From: Klebsormidium nitens
Lineage: Eukaryota > Plantae > Klebsormidiophyceae
Reading direction: 5' to 3'
NCBI GenBank assembly: GCA_000708835.1
Contig: DF237087.1
Coordinates: forward strand, 62,001-126,000
DNA length: 64,000 nt
This document shows positions 1-13,000 of the stretch, in pieces (position 1 is the first letter of the stretch; each line of letters opens with the position of its first letter). The translations under genes were made by a program, and so were the position numbers. The notes beneath the pieces were generated by a model, which had not been told where the DNA came from, ran no database searches, and saw only the letters and a list, made by a program, of their open reading frames with translations.

Positions 1-3000
1 GGGGTGGCGGTTCCAAGCCCCGCTGCGGCGTTCTACGGCTCTCCGGCAGTCAAACTGCAGTCGCCCCTGAGCAGAAGGGACGGCGATTCGTCGCAGCCAA
101 GTAGATTGAATACGGGTGGAACTGCCAGGACGTTGTTTGAGCGACGGGCAGAGAAGCAAAATCAGGGGGGTAGCGCGGAAGTTGGGGAGGAGAAGGAGGT
201 AGAAAGTTCGTCGGCTCCGAGCGGTGACATCAGCGAGTTGAGGCCGGAGGAGACGGTTCGAACTTCGGGTGGGGAAGCAGAAAGACCGGCGCAAGGCGGT
301 GGGGGAGAGATAACTGGGGAAACGGCAAATTCGGATGGGGGGGGCCCTTTGCCTGTTACTGATGAGACGCAGAGTGCCACATCAGCGCCTGTCGAGGAGA
401 AAAGTTTTAGCGACGTCGTGAACAGTACGCACGAGGAAATTTTCCGGAGCATGCTAGAAACCCCCCCCGAGCAGCCGTCGCCCTCCCCCTCAGGGGCAGT
501 TGATTTGGGCTGGGGACGAGACGGATCGTTTGCGCTGGCCAACGACGCGGCGCCAGCTGGCGCGCTTAGAACTCGGCCAGAACCCCTGACGCCGGAGAGT
601 GCCGCCAGCGAACCACCGTGGGGGGAAACCAGCAGCTTGGAAAACACCCCCACGCCCGAGAAAAGCGCAAAGCCCGGGCACCGACGGGAGCTGAGTCTGT
701 CGAATTCGGCACCTCTGATGGTGACGCCCCTTCAGGGGACAAACTCGGACTTTCCGTTGACGCCTGGGAATATGTTGGTGAAGCGATCAAATTCAACGCT
801 GGAGGCGCGAGCGCTCCAACGAATGAAGCAGGTGAGCGACGCCAGTGTCCAGATATGACCGGCGGCGCTGCATTGCAGGATGCAGCTTTCAAAGCCTGGG
901 CGTCGGCGCCTGTCATCCTATAGGGGGTCCAGCTTTATTGGGATGCATGGTTTATGCATTGTCTGCACCGTCTCTTATCACGGATTGTGCGAGCATGCTA
1001 GCAGTGAGAAGGATTCAAGATAGGTAAAGCCGTTGTTCGGTCAGTACGTGTCCGAGAAAGTCGTGTGGCGGACGTTGTGAAATAAGTGGCATCTCGTCAG
1101 GCTTTGAAACCCCAGAAACGGTTTCGGCTTTCGTCCTTGTAGCTGGTGTAATTTTTTTTTAGGAGGACCCAGAAGTAAGGAACGACGTAGCTATCAACTC
1201 TTGGTGTTTACTCTATGCTATCCTGACGTCCCCATTCTTTCCCTTGTGACATAATGTTTCTGATTTCTGCTTTTTCCTTCGATCTCGGACGCCTCCCACA
1301 GCAGCACTGTCGCCGGTCGCGACTACACCTTCAAGGTCGACGTCATTTGCATCAACCAGGATCTCATCATCAGAGTTTCGTTTTTCTTGTTGCTGACATG
1401 CGCCTTTACGTCATTCTCCAGGACGCCTTCATCCAGCAGCTCCTGCGCAGCAGCACCGTCATCGGGCGCGACTACACCATCAAGGTCGACGTCAGCTCCG
1501 CGCACCTCCCCGGCTTCTCCTCGTTCGACCTCTCGGACCCGGGGGACGACGAAGACACGTCATCTGTCGACACCCCCTCCCGCCTGGCGCTCACCAACTA
1601 CTCCGAAAGCGGCCACGTCATCCCCCCCCTCACGATCGCGATCCTGATTGTGGGCACACGGGGCGACGTGCAGCCGTTCATTGCGATCGGGAAGAAGTTG
1701 CTGGCGTACGGGCACCGCGTGCGGTTGGCGACGCACGCGAACTACCGGGAGTTTGTCACGGAGCAGGGGCTCGAGTTCTTCCCGCTTGGGGGGGACCCAA
1801 AGATTCTCGCCGAGTGTGAGCGCGGACTTCTTGGTCTTCTCGTTCTGAAGTGGTCTCGCTTAGCCAAGATGGGCTTGCGAGCGTGCGAGTCGCGTGAGCT
1901 GCTGCGTTGTTTCATCGCTGTGCGGCTTGGGAACCTTTTGAAGGCGTTTCGAGAACCAGAAGACATGGGACTTTGCTGTGCCTAAGGCTGAGGTTTTGTT
2001 TCGAGAGGCAAATGGTCAGCGGTGCGTCAAATGTTGCGTTTCTGGTGTAGATCCACCATGTTGGACTCACAATCCGCTTGGGGACGGAGTCTATGCTAAC
2101 CACTTCGTCTTCTAAGTGCTGGTAACCTGCAGAGTGCGTATCAAACTGTCTTATTGCGTGTTGTGATCCGTATCTGCAATCTTCAGTACTTGCGCTCAGA
2201 TGAAGCCCGTCTCGCCCTCGTCCTTGACCGCCATCTTCCGAGCCTTTGGTCTCTAGACCCCTCGAAAGGTCGAGCCTTCACTATCCGCACAATTGAGAAG
2301 TCTAGAAGCAGAAATTTCTCCGGATCCAAGTCGCGAAGGTGGCGCTAGCAAGGGCTTCTTACAGTGATTTACACTTTATGACGTTCAGATTTCCCCGACA
2401 CTTTGTAAACAACATTCTGTTCTTCTCAAGATCCCTCCGAATGTCGAAATATCGAACCTTCTCAATACGCCCTGCGCAGACATGGCAAAACGCAAGGGCT
2501 CTTAGATGTAAGCCGCGAGAGAAGCGTCCCGGACTCCTCGAAAAGCCTAGAATCCTCCTGCGCAGACATGGTGAAGAACAGGGGCTACAACCCACAATCT
2601 CTTAAAATTCTCTGAGGCTAAAATCCGAAACTCCCCCTGTACAGACATGGTGAAGAACAAGGGCTTCCTGCCGTCGTGGCCGAGCGAGGTAAAGGAGCAG
2701 CGGCGGCAGCTCAAGAGCATCATCTTCTCCACGTGGGACGCGTGCACGTCGCCAGACTGGGAATCCAACGGCCGCAACTTCATTGCAGAGGCAATCATTG
2801 CAAACCCGCCCGTCTATGGTGAGCCGGGCTCGGATCCGGGCAGATGCCCAATCTGCTGACAGCAATTAGACTCGATGCTTGTTGCAAAAGTTTTTTCGTG
2901 TCCAGTTGACTCTCTTTTCAAGCCCCGAAAATTTTCCAAAGGGAAGAGAAAGGCAAAGGAGCGCCTGCGTATCCTGCTTGTTGTGAAGACGCATCTTTGA

Positions 3001-6000
3001 ACCTTCTTAGCCGCAAGGTAGCCAAACCTCCAGCCTCTTCAGAGCACACCTGCATGGGAAAGCGTCATCAACATCGTTGCTTTGAAGACCTTTGAAGCCT
3101 TTCCTTTGGGCCGCATCCACGTGGCATCCAATCCTCGTCACCCTTTCATGCCTACACACAGATTACCTTAAACCCCTCAGATTCCAGCACATATCTCTCG
3201 AACCAACACCCTGAAATCCCGACGAACATTGATTTCTGCCATGAAATGTGCAGTGCACATACACGTGGCAGAGCAGCTGCGCATCCCGCTCCACGTCTTC
3301 CCCACACCCAGCATATATCAAGCGCCTCAAACCCCGAATCTTCAAACCCCTCGAAACCCCAACGAACATTGGATTCTTCGATGTGCAGGGCACATCCACG
3401 TGGCGGAACGGCTGCGCATCCCGCTCCACGTCATCTTCACCATGCCCTGGTCGCCCACCGGCGCGTTCCCCCACCCGCTCGCGCGCCTCACCCAGTACGC
3501 CGGCTTCGAGAACCGCCTCTCATACGCGATCGTCGACTCCATCACGTGGCTGGGCGTGCGTGACATCATCAACTCGTTCCGCAAGAAGAAGCTCAAGCTT
3601 CCGCCCATTCCGCTGACGGACCGCTGGTCCAGCTCCATGCTGCAGACGAACCGCGTGCCGTTTGCGTACATTTGGAGCCCCTCTCTAGTTCCCAAGCCGA
3701 AAGGTGCGCCCTTGTCAAGAGCTTGCGGGGTACTTGCTTGTAACTTTTGAATTGGGATCTTGAAGGGGACGTGAGCTACGCTTCGACTCTAAGATGGCAC
3801 GATTGCAAAGACCTTTTATCAAAAATCCACCGGGACAAACGACGTTGTTAGCTTGTACGAGTGACGCCTGTCGAACCCAGACGTCGATTGATTTTACCCA
3901 GACTTATCTCGATTGGTAGTCCATTTTCAGTGCCCAAGCTCATAAGGTGTGAAATGCAGCAGCAATTGTCCAAGCGTTGCAATACCGAAGGATCAAAGCA
4001 CTTAGTCTCTTCTCGGCGAGCCTCCGCATCTCATCAGCCGCTGCATTCCCATAGATTCGTTCTCTGCCCCACGCGTTTCCTTGCCTTCTTGGACTTCGTC
4101 TCTTGTCCTATTTCGTGCTTTTCTAAGCCCGTCAAGGGTGCAAGCCCGTCAAGGGTGCAAGCCCGTTAAGCGGGGAACCGAATTCTTATAGCGCCAGTCT
4201 GCAATGCATTAGAAGGTTGTCAATTGTGACCATATTCTCAGATGGCTATCTGGCGAGGTTCTGAACACCGTCGATGTAGAACACCGTCGATGTAGTCCCT
4301 GTGTTGGCGCGGCTTGAGCTTGCACTTCTTGCTTTGCACTTCGCTCTTGTTTTTTCCCACCCCATCCCACAGAATTTCTGCACTTTATTATTTTATCTCG
4401 CGAGTCTCTGCTTCCGTCCTTTTGAATCCCTTGACAAGGGAGCCTGATCTTGAGTTCCTCCGTCCTTTTTTGGTTCGTGCAGACTGGAGCAGCTGCATCG
4501 ATCTCCGAGTCTCTGCCTTCGTTGTTCTGAGCAATCCCTTGTCAAGGAAGCCTGATCTCGAATTCTCCATTCTCTTCTGGTTTGTGCAGACTGGGGCAGC
4601 TACATCAATTTCGTAACTCTCTATACCTTGGCAAGGAAGCCCGATCTCAATCTTCGTCCTTTTGTGTTGCGTGCAGACTGGGGCAGCTACATCGACGTCG
4701 TGGGCTTCTGTTTCTTGGACCTCGCCACAGAGTACAAGCCGCCCCCCGAGCTCGACACGTTCCTGAAGGAGGGGCCGCCGCCCGTCTTCGTCGGCTTTGG
4801 AAGCCTGGTGAGGACCAAACTTTTCAAAGCCGCTCTTCACCCCCTTCTTCGAACTATGCTCCTTCGTCTTCAGTGGTCAGGGACCATTGTTTTGCCTGTC
4901 TGCGTAGCTGAGTGCTGACAGGTCGATTGAGGCGGTGGTAGTCCAGAGAGACTAACTCACGCGTATCGAAGAATGTGATTCCTCGGGGCTAGGAACTGCG
5001 AAGCTTTATAGGTGAATGGGCGTCGATCTCAGCATCCACTGGGCTTCTTTCTAGATGGGCTTGTTGCTATCGTTCCTGGCGCTAGAATGAGGCATGGCTT
5101 TGTTTGCTTCGCTCTCCTACGAGCGCAAGCGAAGCGACTACGCGCAACTTCGTTCCAGAAGAGACCAAGCAATCTGGAAGAGGACTTCTGGCTCATGGGA
5201 GATTATAGTCTCGTTGTCAGCTACGCCCTTGACACTTACTCGAAGAACTCAAGCAAACCAGTTTCGTGTTCGACGTTGATTCCCACAATCCGCGAAGCTG
5301 CACGCTTTCTCCTCTTTTGGAAGTTTCAAGCTCCGCCCTGACATCTACCCCTGCCCAAACCATGCACCGAGAACGAACCAATCTTACCAATCAACACTAA
5401 AAATTCCATTTCCTCCCGCTTTGCAGCCGGTAGGCGACCCCCAGAAGATGACGGCGATCATCTTTGAGGCGCTTCGGAAAACGGGGATGCGGGGGATCGT
5501 GCAGAAGGGGTGGGGGGGTCTCGGGGAGGGCGTTCCCGCCCCCCCGACCGTGCATATCGTCGGAAACTGCCCCCACGACTGGCTGTTTCCGCAGTGCTCG
5601 GCGGTGGTGCATCATGGGGGGGCGGGGACTACTGCGGCCGGCCTGCTGTCAGAGGTGAGCACGGGGAAGTCTGGCCGGTGTTATGGCCGAGCTTGAAAAG
5701 CATAAACTCGGCAAGTGAGTGGATGAAGTAGTATGTAAAAGCCCGTGCCAATTGAGGACGTGACGCAGGTTGCGAGTACGGATATGGCATAGTGCGGAGT
5801 CGCATGCTTGCGCTCGTTTACATTTGCAGATCTGCACGTCAATAGTGCTCTCAAGACCTTGCGGGGTAGTCATCGACATCCATGTGGGATTATGATGGGA
5901 GTTGTTGTTTGAATGCAGTGCGCCGATGGTGTGACTCCATTTCGAGGCTCAATCAGATACAGACGTTGACCGAACGTGTTCTCAACCAGCACCCTGATTG

Positions 6001-6758
6001 TTGAATCTCCCTTTTCGAAAACAAATCTTGACGCTGGAGAAGCTATGGTTCCTCCCACTGAGATTGCCTCCACAGTCATGCCCTTATAAATTGACGAAGT
6101 CTCCGAATGCAGTGCCCCACAACGGTAGTTCCATTTTTCGGCGACCAACCCTTCTGGGGAGACGCCGTTTTCACTCAAGGTGTTGGCCCGAAGGCGATCC
6201 CGGTCGGCGACTTCAGCCTGGACCGCCTCGTCAAGGCGCTCGAGTTCATGGCCCGCCCCGAGGTAAGGGCCCTTTTACGTGTTTGGTCGAAGATAGTCCT
6301 GTTTCGAACCGAATGGCTGCAGGCTCAAGTGTTGGGGGATTGTCGGTTTGCGATGAGTTTGTCAAGAAGCTCCTACGTGGCTGCGCACAAGTGAATTCCC
6401 GCCAGTTGAAGCTACATTATAGATGTGAGGTGCGATTGTCGTGGATGTTTTTAAGCCCCTCGCGAGCAAGGTAGAGGATCGAAGTTTGCTTTGCTTTGAA
6501 TTGCATGCAGAAGCAGTGGGGCAGTCTTAAGATGGACATGGGTTCCAAGTTTCCTCATTTGCCATACTCCAGGTGAAAGAGGCTGCGGTCGTGCTGGCCG
6601 CCAAGATGCGGCAAGAGAACGGTGTTGATGGGGCGGTTCGCGCTTTCCACAAACATCTGCCCAAGGATATCAAAACCACCGGGCATAAGATGCTGTGGGG
6701 GCTTACGCGAAAGCAAGCGGCCAGGGCGCAACCAAGACAGTGCGGTTGCTTTGGGTGA
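1..6758 (+). CDS. UGT80: Sterol 3-beta-glucosyltransferase (UGT80 family, GT28 N-domain), 8 exons, 5' end outside window
   Basis: Hand-spliced GT-AG exons: <1-831, 1422-1815, 2645-2818, 3389-3703, 4677-4807, 5427-5654, 6113-6262, 6573-6758(TGA), with consistent phases. Motifs IAILIVGTRGDVQPF, RVRLATHANYREFV, YMVKNKGFLPS, IIANPPVYGHIHVAE, PPVFVGFGSL, PHDWLFPQCSAVVHHGGAGTTAAGL, VPFFGDQPFWG are typical of plant UGT80A/B. The reading frame is open at the window edge. Confidence 0.95.
4125..4170 (+). repeat. Tandem 17-mer x2.7 (AAGCCCGTCAAGGGTGC)
   Basis: Two exact copies plus a partial third in UGT80 intron 4. Confidence 0.95.
4263..4294 (+). repeat. Exact tandem 16-mer x2 (GAACACCGTCGATGTA)
   Basis: Directly visible in UGT80 intron 4. 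Confidence 0.95.
4425..4700 (+). repeat. Three diverged tandem units (~100 bp) spanning the UGT80 intron 4/exon 5 acceptor
   Basis: Units start about 4425, 4533 and 4623. Each contains CCTTGnCAAGGRAGCCYGATCT...GTGCAG|ACTGGRGCAGCTRCATC; only the last continues into the exon. Confidence 0.9.
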
Positions 6759-7424
6759 TGACCCAATTGCGGTGTTTTGGAAGTGACTTGCGTAGTCTAT
6801 GGCTGGCGTTCATTGTCCCTGATTGGGTGCTCCCCGCAGGAAGCGTGATACTCAGCAGGTTCAGTCAGATCTTGTAGATACGGCAGAGAGTAGACCATAC
6901 TAATGTTATTGGGCCGAAACGAGCCTGAGCGTAACGGACCACGGCTTCTAGTTGCTGCACGCAGAGCTATCCCCTTCACAACTGTTCTGCATGATGTCGT
7001 GCATGAGTGAACGGTTCCAACACTGATTATCTATGGTGCCAGCTGTTAGTAACACTGGGCCCGCATCAGTCAATGATCGAGCGCTGTCAACCTCTGTGAG
7101 GCATGCACATGATTGAAGGACACATGGATTACTGAGGGCTGGCTGCATGGTTGCACTAGATGCATATATGGCAGATCATGCGGTACCAAAGATTGAAAAC
7201 TTACCGCATGTTCAAGCTTGATCACGCACATACGGAAATTCTTGCAACTAGTTTACAGGATCATATGCATCGATTGCCCTTTATAGGATATCATATACGC
7301 ATCGATTGGCCAGCTAGTTCGCTAGAGCCGCAGCTGCATCAAATTACTTAAGCTGGTATGCTGGCCCGGGGCCGGCACGCAACTTCAGTCACTAATCCCA
7401 TCTATAGCTAGCCTAGGCTGCAGA

Positions 7425-7448
7425 GACGTCGCGATCACGTGGTACGTA
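7425..7448. promoter_or_regulatory. Cluster of three ACGT-core elements (GACGTC C-box, CACGTG G-box, TACGTA A-box)
   Basis: GACGTC 7425-7430, CACGTG 7436-7441, TACGTA 7443-7448 are directly visible. These are known plant bZIP-binding cores, but function here is untested and the site lies between two gene 3' ends. Confidence 0.3.
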
Positions 7449-7579
7449 TGAATCATGACATGATCCATAGTGCCTCTCAGTAAGTCAATCTTCGAAGCCG
7501 ATGCATGTCTTTACATGTTAGTAAGAATTTATTATATTAGAGAATTCTGTACATGGCAAATCAGAAGCTTGCCTCAAAT

Positions 7580-9007
7580 CTATCCGTGTCTTTCCAAAGC
7601 AGCTGCCAGCAGTGTCACCACGCTGTTGTATACAACGTGAACAACGAAAGGCGAAAAGAGATTGCCGCTCACATCGTACACTGTACCTAAAACAAACCCG
7701 AGGATAAATAATGGCACAAAGGACCTCGAATCTAAATGGGCTACACTGAATGCTATGGAGCTCACCACAATCGCTCCCCTCGACGACATGTTCAGCTCTC
7801 GCAATGAGCTCTGGAAGAAGCCCCTGAAGACTGCTTCTTCAACAAGAGGGCTCGAAAAACTCACGAGAATGAAACTTATCAAGGCACTATATACACCTCC
7901 TGTGCCAATTGCATTCTCTAGAAATTTCCCAAAACTATCTAAATCCAACCCCTCATTTTGGTCGACATACGAGGAGAGAAAAGAGGCGGTGGGGACCAGA
8001 AGAAGGACCCCAGTCCCTACCAAAGCTGGATATAGCCAGCCTTCCTTGCCAAGTACAAGCTGCGGGCGGAACCTGTCATTTCTGAGCCGACCGAGAGCAC
8101 TCTGAGCTGTTCCCCCGGGCGCCACAAACAGGAAGTAGGTGCCAGTATATTCAAGAACCGCAAGTAACAGCATGAAGGTTGCCTACAGGGAAATGAGGAA
8201 AGCCACAATAAGCTTCAAAGCTGAGCAGTGACGTCCACAAGATCTCACGTACACATCCTAGTCCATTTGTCGCAGGCGTCATCAAACCACTGATGCAAAC
8301 AACCAATGCTATCAGCTAGTCATTTTCAGGGGCCTTTTGATTACCTTCAGGTCAGGAATCGCAAAGCTGAACATCCATGTCCACAAGCATTCAAACACAT
8401 CTTAGTCCACCCTTGACAGGTGTCATAAGACCTCTGGTGCGAGCAACCAATGCAATCAGCTAGTTACATTCAGAAGCCTTTTCCTTACCTTCAGATTGGG
8501 GTCCAAGCTCGTGAGCGGCTGTCCTGACAGCTCAGCAACAAACCGCAGCCCCAATATCTCGCAGCCCGTGCGCAGCGCAAGAAAGAGAATGAGTGGGCGC
8601 ACAACTCCCTGGATGCTTGTTTCTGACTCTGTTTCTTCCACCACCCCTTCATCGGATGAACTGGTTGGCTGAGAGGGGGGAGTTTGGTCTAACTTCTCCT
8701 GAGAACCAGCTCTGACTCGAGTGGGCCTATCAGCGCCATGCTTATCCTGGTTAGAGCAGTTTGTTGAGGCATTGATTTGATGCCAACGGAGCTTTAAATG
8801 ACTGAAGCGACGTACGCTGCCCGTTGTGTATCGCCGCCGCAACTTTCGCGCTTTTCTGAAAGCACTGGAGGGGCTTGGAAGCTCATAGACGCTCAGCTGC
8901 AGAGTACTGAAAGGACATTCAAGTACCAATCGCTGACCCTGGCATTCTGTTGGAATCAACGCAGCTGCTCTGGCAGAAGCCCCAAGGTGGCAGCTCAGGG
9001 ACGTCAT
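7580..9007 (-). CDS. CAAX prenyl protease-like / CPBP (Abi) intramembrane metalloprotease, probably plastid-targeted, 2 exons
   Basis: Exons 9007-8489 and 8182-7580 (phase 0, GTAAGG donor, TGTAG acceptor). CPBP motifs PLVEEAVFRG (EExxxR), FSVAHL (FxxxH), HVVYN (HxxxN), plus several hydrophobic helices. The Ser/Arg-rich N-terminus resembles a transit peptide (inference). Confidence 0.85.
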
Positions 9008-10008
9008 TGAGGTGGAAGACAGGAAGGCTGTGTGCGTCCTGGGGACTGCGATTGAGAAGGACGTCTACAAGGGCGTTTATTTTATAGGCCCCCAACCACA
9101 CGAACAGTCTCTCCTATCTATGAGTATTGACTTTTTGGTGCCACTTGTCTAACATGCTGCTAGCATCAAACTCCCATCTAACCCGGCAGTCTCAGCTGCT
9201 GGAGCGCTGCATACCTACAATAAGTTAGACCCAATGCAGATGGCCGCACACTCTGTCTTCCTTCTGCATTGCCCCCGATCGATGACATTGCGAGCGCCGC
9301 TGCATAATACAAGCTGTGGAATATTGCATATATTTCGATTTCATGAAGGGTTAAAGCGCCATGGAGGATAGAAGCAACACTTAACTAAGACCCTAAACTA
9401 ATGGTTAATACACTCTTCGCACCCGTACCCACCCTATTACCCCCTAACCAACCCTATCCGCCCCAGCTACCCTTCATGGCACTTTAACCCTTTATGAACT
9501 ATATCAAAATATATTGCCAGCGCCTGCGTCGTCTGCTTTCTTGGTGCCACGTCGGACTAGAATCTAATACTTAATTGCCATGCTGTACAAAATTTTTAAC
9601 TCTCGACGATTCCGATGAACCTAGGCACTACAGTAGTGGAAGTCTGGTTGGCTAAGTCACTCCGAGTCCGAGAACCCTTGAAGTTGCCACCCCTAGTTTT
9701 CTGCTGGAAGCAGGGGCAAAAATCCCATATTTTTGAACTTAATAATTTAAATAGGGCAGCAGAGCAGCCAGAGCAGGAGTTCCTAGCTTGCATGATCTGC
9801 ATGAAAACGAAGTAGCGAGGATTCTGCAGGTCATGGCCGCCTTTTCTTAGGAACTGCATAAAGTACCCCGCGTGTGACAAACGGCCCTGCCGGGGCCTGT
9901 GCCCAGCTCGACTATCTTGGCCAAGGGCGGCTTTGAAATGTGAAGCGACGTTTGGCATGACATGAGACAATCTTGAACCTGAGCTGGGTCGTTGAGCAGG
10001 GACGCAAC

Positions 10009-13000
10009 ATGAATAAGCTGTTTGGTTTTCTTGGACGAGGCGCTGGGATCGATCTCCCATACACAATCGGAGAGGCGTACTCAACAGCATGGGGTTCTTG
10101 GACACATTCCCGAGGGACCAAGAAGGTAAAGAAGGAAGAATGTGTATGGAAGAATGAATGAATATAGTTGCTGAGAGGGAGTCGCTATGTGAGGTGCACC
10201 TGCTAGTGCGTAAGCTTTCGGACACACGTTGATCGATCTGTCTATGTGCTGTAAGCTGTGCGCGTTCATTGGGCCCTATGTGCTTTTATGATCAAACTAG
10301 AATCACCAAAGCATAAAACATGATTTCAAGCTGGGAGATTCCTGATGAAAGATACTTCGCCAAGGAGTGGAGCATAAGAGATCCACAGCTCATTTGTGCC
10401 TAGTGGTCATCTCTGACGACACGCCTTTCTGCAGGAGGATGGGAGCCCCGTGTCGGTGTTCTCATTGACTGCCACAAATGCTGGAGATGGCAGACTAGCA
10501 GCGGCAAGGAATGGCGTGAAGCGACTCAGGACGGTACGTTGCATCACATTATCGCATCTGTGTCTTTGCTTGTTGATTAAGGATGTTGCTAGAATGCCCC
10601 GTTCAATCCTCTCAAGAGGGGCGCAATCACCAGGCAGCGGCAGTCTTCTGTGTTTGTTCTCATTGAGAGGGCTCCTAGCAACATCCTTGTTGAGCGCATG
10701 TTGTGCTCCGTATGCACATGCCTTTGCAGCTTAGGAAGTCAGAAAACCAAGTCCCCTCTGACACCGTGTTCAACTTTCTTTCGTCGGTCATCAGGTCAGG
10801 AGTGGGAAGCTTTCTTGTCGATGCGCACTGATTATACCCTACGTTGCTCTCCCAATTTAAATGCAGCCGCTCCTGTCACAACGTTAAAACGCACGCAAAG
10901 TATACCCTATCTCTGCTCTAATTTTATCGCTTGCCAGGCATGTGTCTTAGAGTGCATCTTCTGTTCTTTCCGCAGGTCCGGCATCCGAACGTGCTGTCCT
11001 TCTTGCACAGCACGGAGGGCGAAGTGACAGAGAATGGTGTCACCAAGCCAATCATCTATGTTGTCACGGAAGCGGTGATGCCGCTGTCTGAGAAAGTCAA
11101 GGAGCTCGGCTTGACTGGCGTTCAGAGGTACGAGCAACTGATGTTTTCAATGACGAGAATCTGGTTGAGGAGCTGGAAAGTATATTCTCAACAAGTGTTG
11201 TAGATCTGGCACCGGTGCCCTTCTATATCGTGACAGATTGATTTCAAGCCGTCTCTAGGTGCTTTCCCGGCGCCCTGGGTTTCGCAGAGGTAAGGAGCGA
11301 CAAGTGAAACGTGGTTTTCCCTGCATTGTTTTGCCACACTGCCACCATCTGTTCGTTTGGTTTGTGTTTGCCCAGACATTGTAACCTGTGCTGAGTGCCT
11401 TTCAATCTGGCTGCAGAGATGAGTACTTCGCCTGGGGCCTCTTTGAGATAGCGAAAGCAGTCAGCTTCCTGAACAACGATTGTAAGCTGGTGAGTTTTCG
11501 TACTGGCCTTGCCTAAGCCAAGTCTAGACTACTGGCTTATTGAAGTGCACAATCTGTCATCACCATGAGCAGACTGAAGACAAGCGCTGTTGATGCTGCA
11601 TGGATTGGGCTTGATTGTAGGCCGAAACATTGCTCTCACCATTTATGCACAATCATCGGAAGAGGGTGACTGTAGCTCGATGCTTGAGGGAGTCGAATCG
11701 CCCTGGTGCAATCGGCCGAAGCCTGTTGAATATTGCTGGATAAAACACATTTAAGCACTCTCAGTGACAGAGTCCACGAGTGGCCTGACGAACGACCGCC
11801 ACAGCGTCGCCCACTATAATTGAACTTGTTTTTGCGCTCTTAGGGCTTCTGGAAAATTTGGGGCTTAATTTTCCTCTCACGCGCAGGTACATGCCAATGT
11901 GTGCGTTGCATCTGTGGTGGTCACGCCGACACTGGACTGGAAGTTGCATGCATTTGATGTGCTCTCTGAGTACGACGCAGGGACGCCTGCTTCGGAGGGG
12001 CCCGGCGCGGCGCCTATGCTGGTGAGTTGACTCCTGAGTGAGTCAAGAGTGGAGCAATATTAGTTCGCTCAAAGCGGCCATGGACGACTATCCTATCCGA
12101 CTTGAAAGAGGGTAATTTCCGCCTTTCTAGTTCAGCCTTGAAGCCGATTGCACGCAATGATGGCATGCGTACCTTCAACGGCATGATTGAACAGGTTTTC
12201 GGACGCAGTTTCACAGGCCTTGACAAGCTACTGTCTCGGCCATTAGTATCTGTAAGGTCCCAACAACGCAGGGAACAAGTGCGAAACTCACTGTCTGTGG
12301 AACTGATGGAGGTTCTGGTTTGCAGCCGTTCGAGTGGCTTGTGGGGGTGCAGTACAAGCCAGTGGAGCTCACCAAAGCGGACTGGCCCCTCATCCGGCGC
12401 TCGCCTCCTTGGGCTATTGATGCGTGGGGTCTAGGTAATCACGAACGTCTTCTTTGCCACCTAGAAGGAGAAAGCTCTTTTCGTGAACTGACGAAAAGCC
12501 AAAAGGCTTTGCTGAGCACAACTGGTTGCTTCTATGTGGGATAGTCTTATGTACAGGCTCATGCTGCCGCTCGTTTGATTCTGAGTACACGCTTCCCTAA
12601 CGGCTCTCCTTGAATTACAGAAGGACGTCAAGAAGATGCCGGATGCGGATATAGTTTCCGTGGGAATGCTTATCATCAAGTATCTTGGCTTGTCAACCCT
12701 TAGCATGAGAATATATCCTGTCCTTTTCCAGGTTGCCTTATCCAAGAGCTGTTTTCTGCGGGGCCGCTGAGAAAGACGGAGGACCTTCGTAACACGGGTT
12801 CGATCCCCAAGGCCTTGTTGCCGGACTACCAACGCCTCCTGGGGGCGGCCCCCAATAGGAGGCTCAACCCGTCCAAGTTCGTGGAAGGCAGTGGTGAGGG
12901 TTGAAGCTGGTGCTGGTTTTCTCTTTTCGTCTTTTGGCAAATCAATCGAACCGACCTAGAGAATCTGGGCGTCGAGTTTGAGATTTCTGGTAACGACTGT

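Noticed and set aside
7407-7458. Cloning-vector polylinker contamination
   Set aside because: The site order matches no multiple cloning site I recognise, there are no vector flanks, and palindrome enrichment extends diffusely over about 500 nt of genomic-looking sequence. VecScreen would settle it.
9370-9470. CCCTAAA/CCCTAAC words suggesting interstitial telomeric repeats
   Set aside because: Isolated single copies in a C-rich tract; no tandem array.
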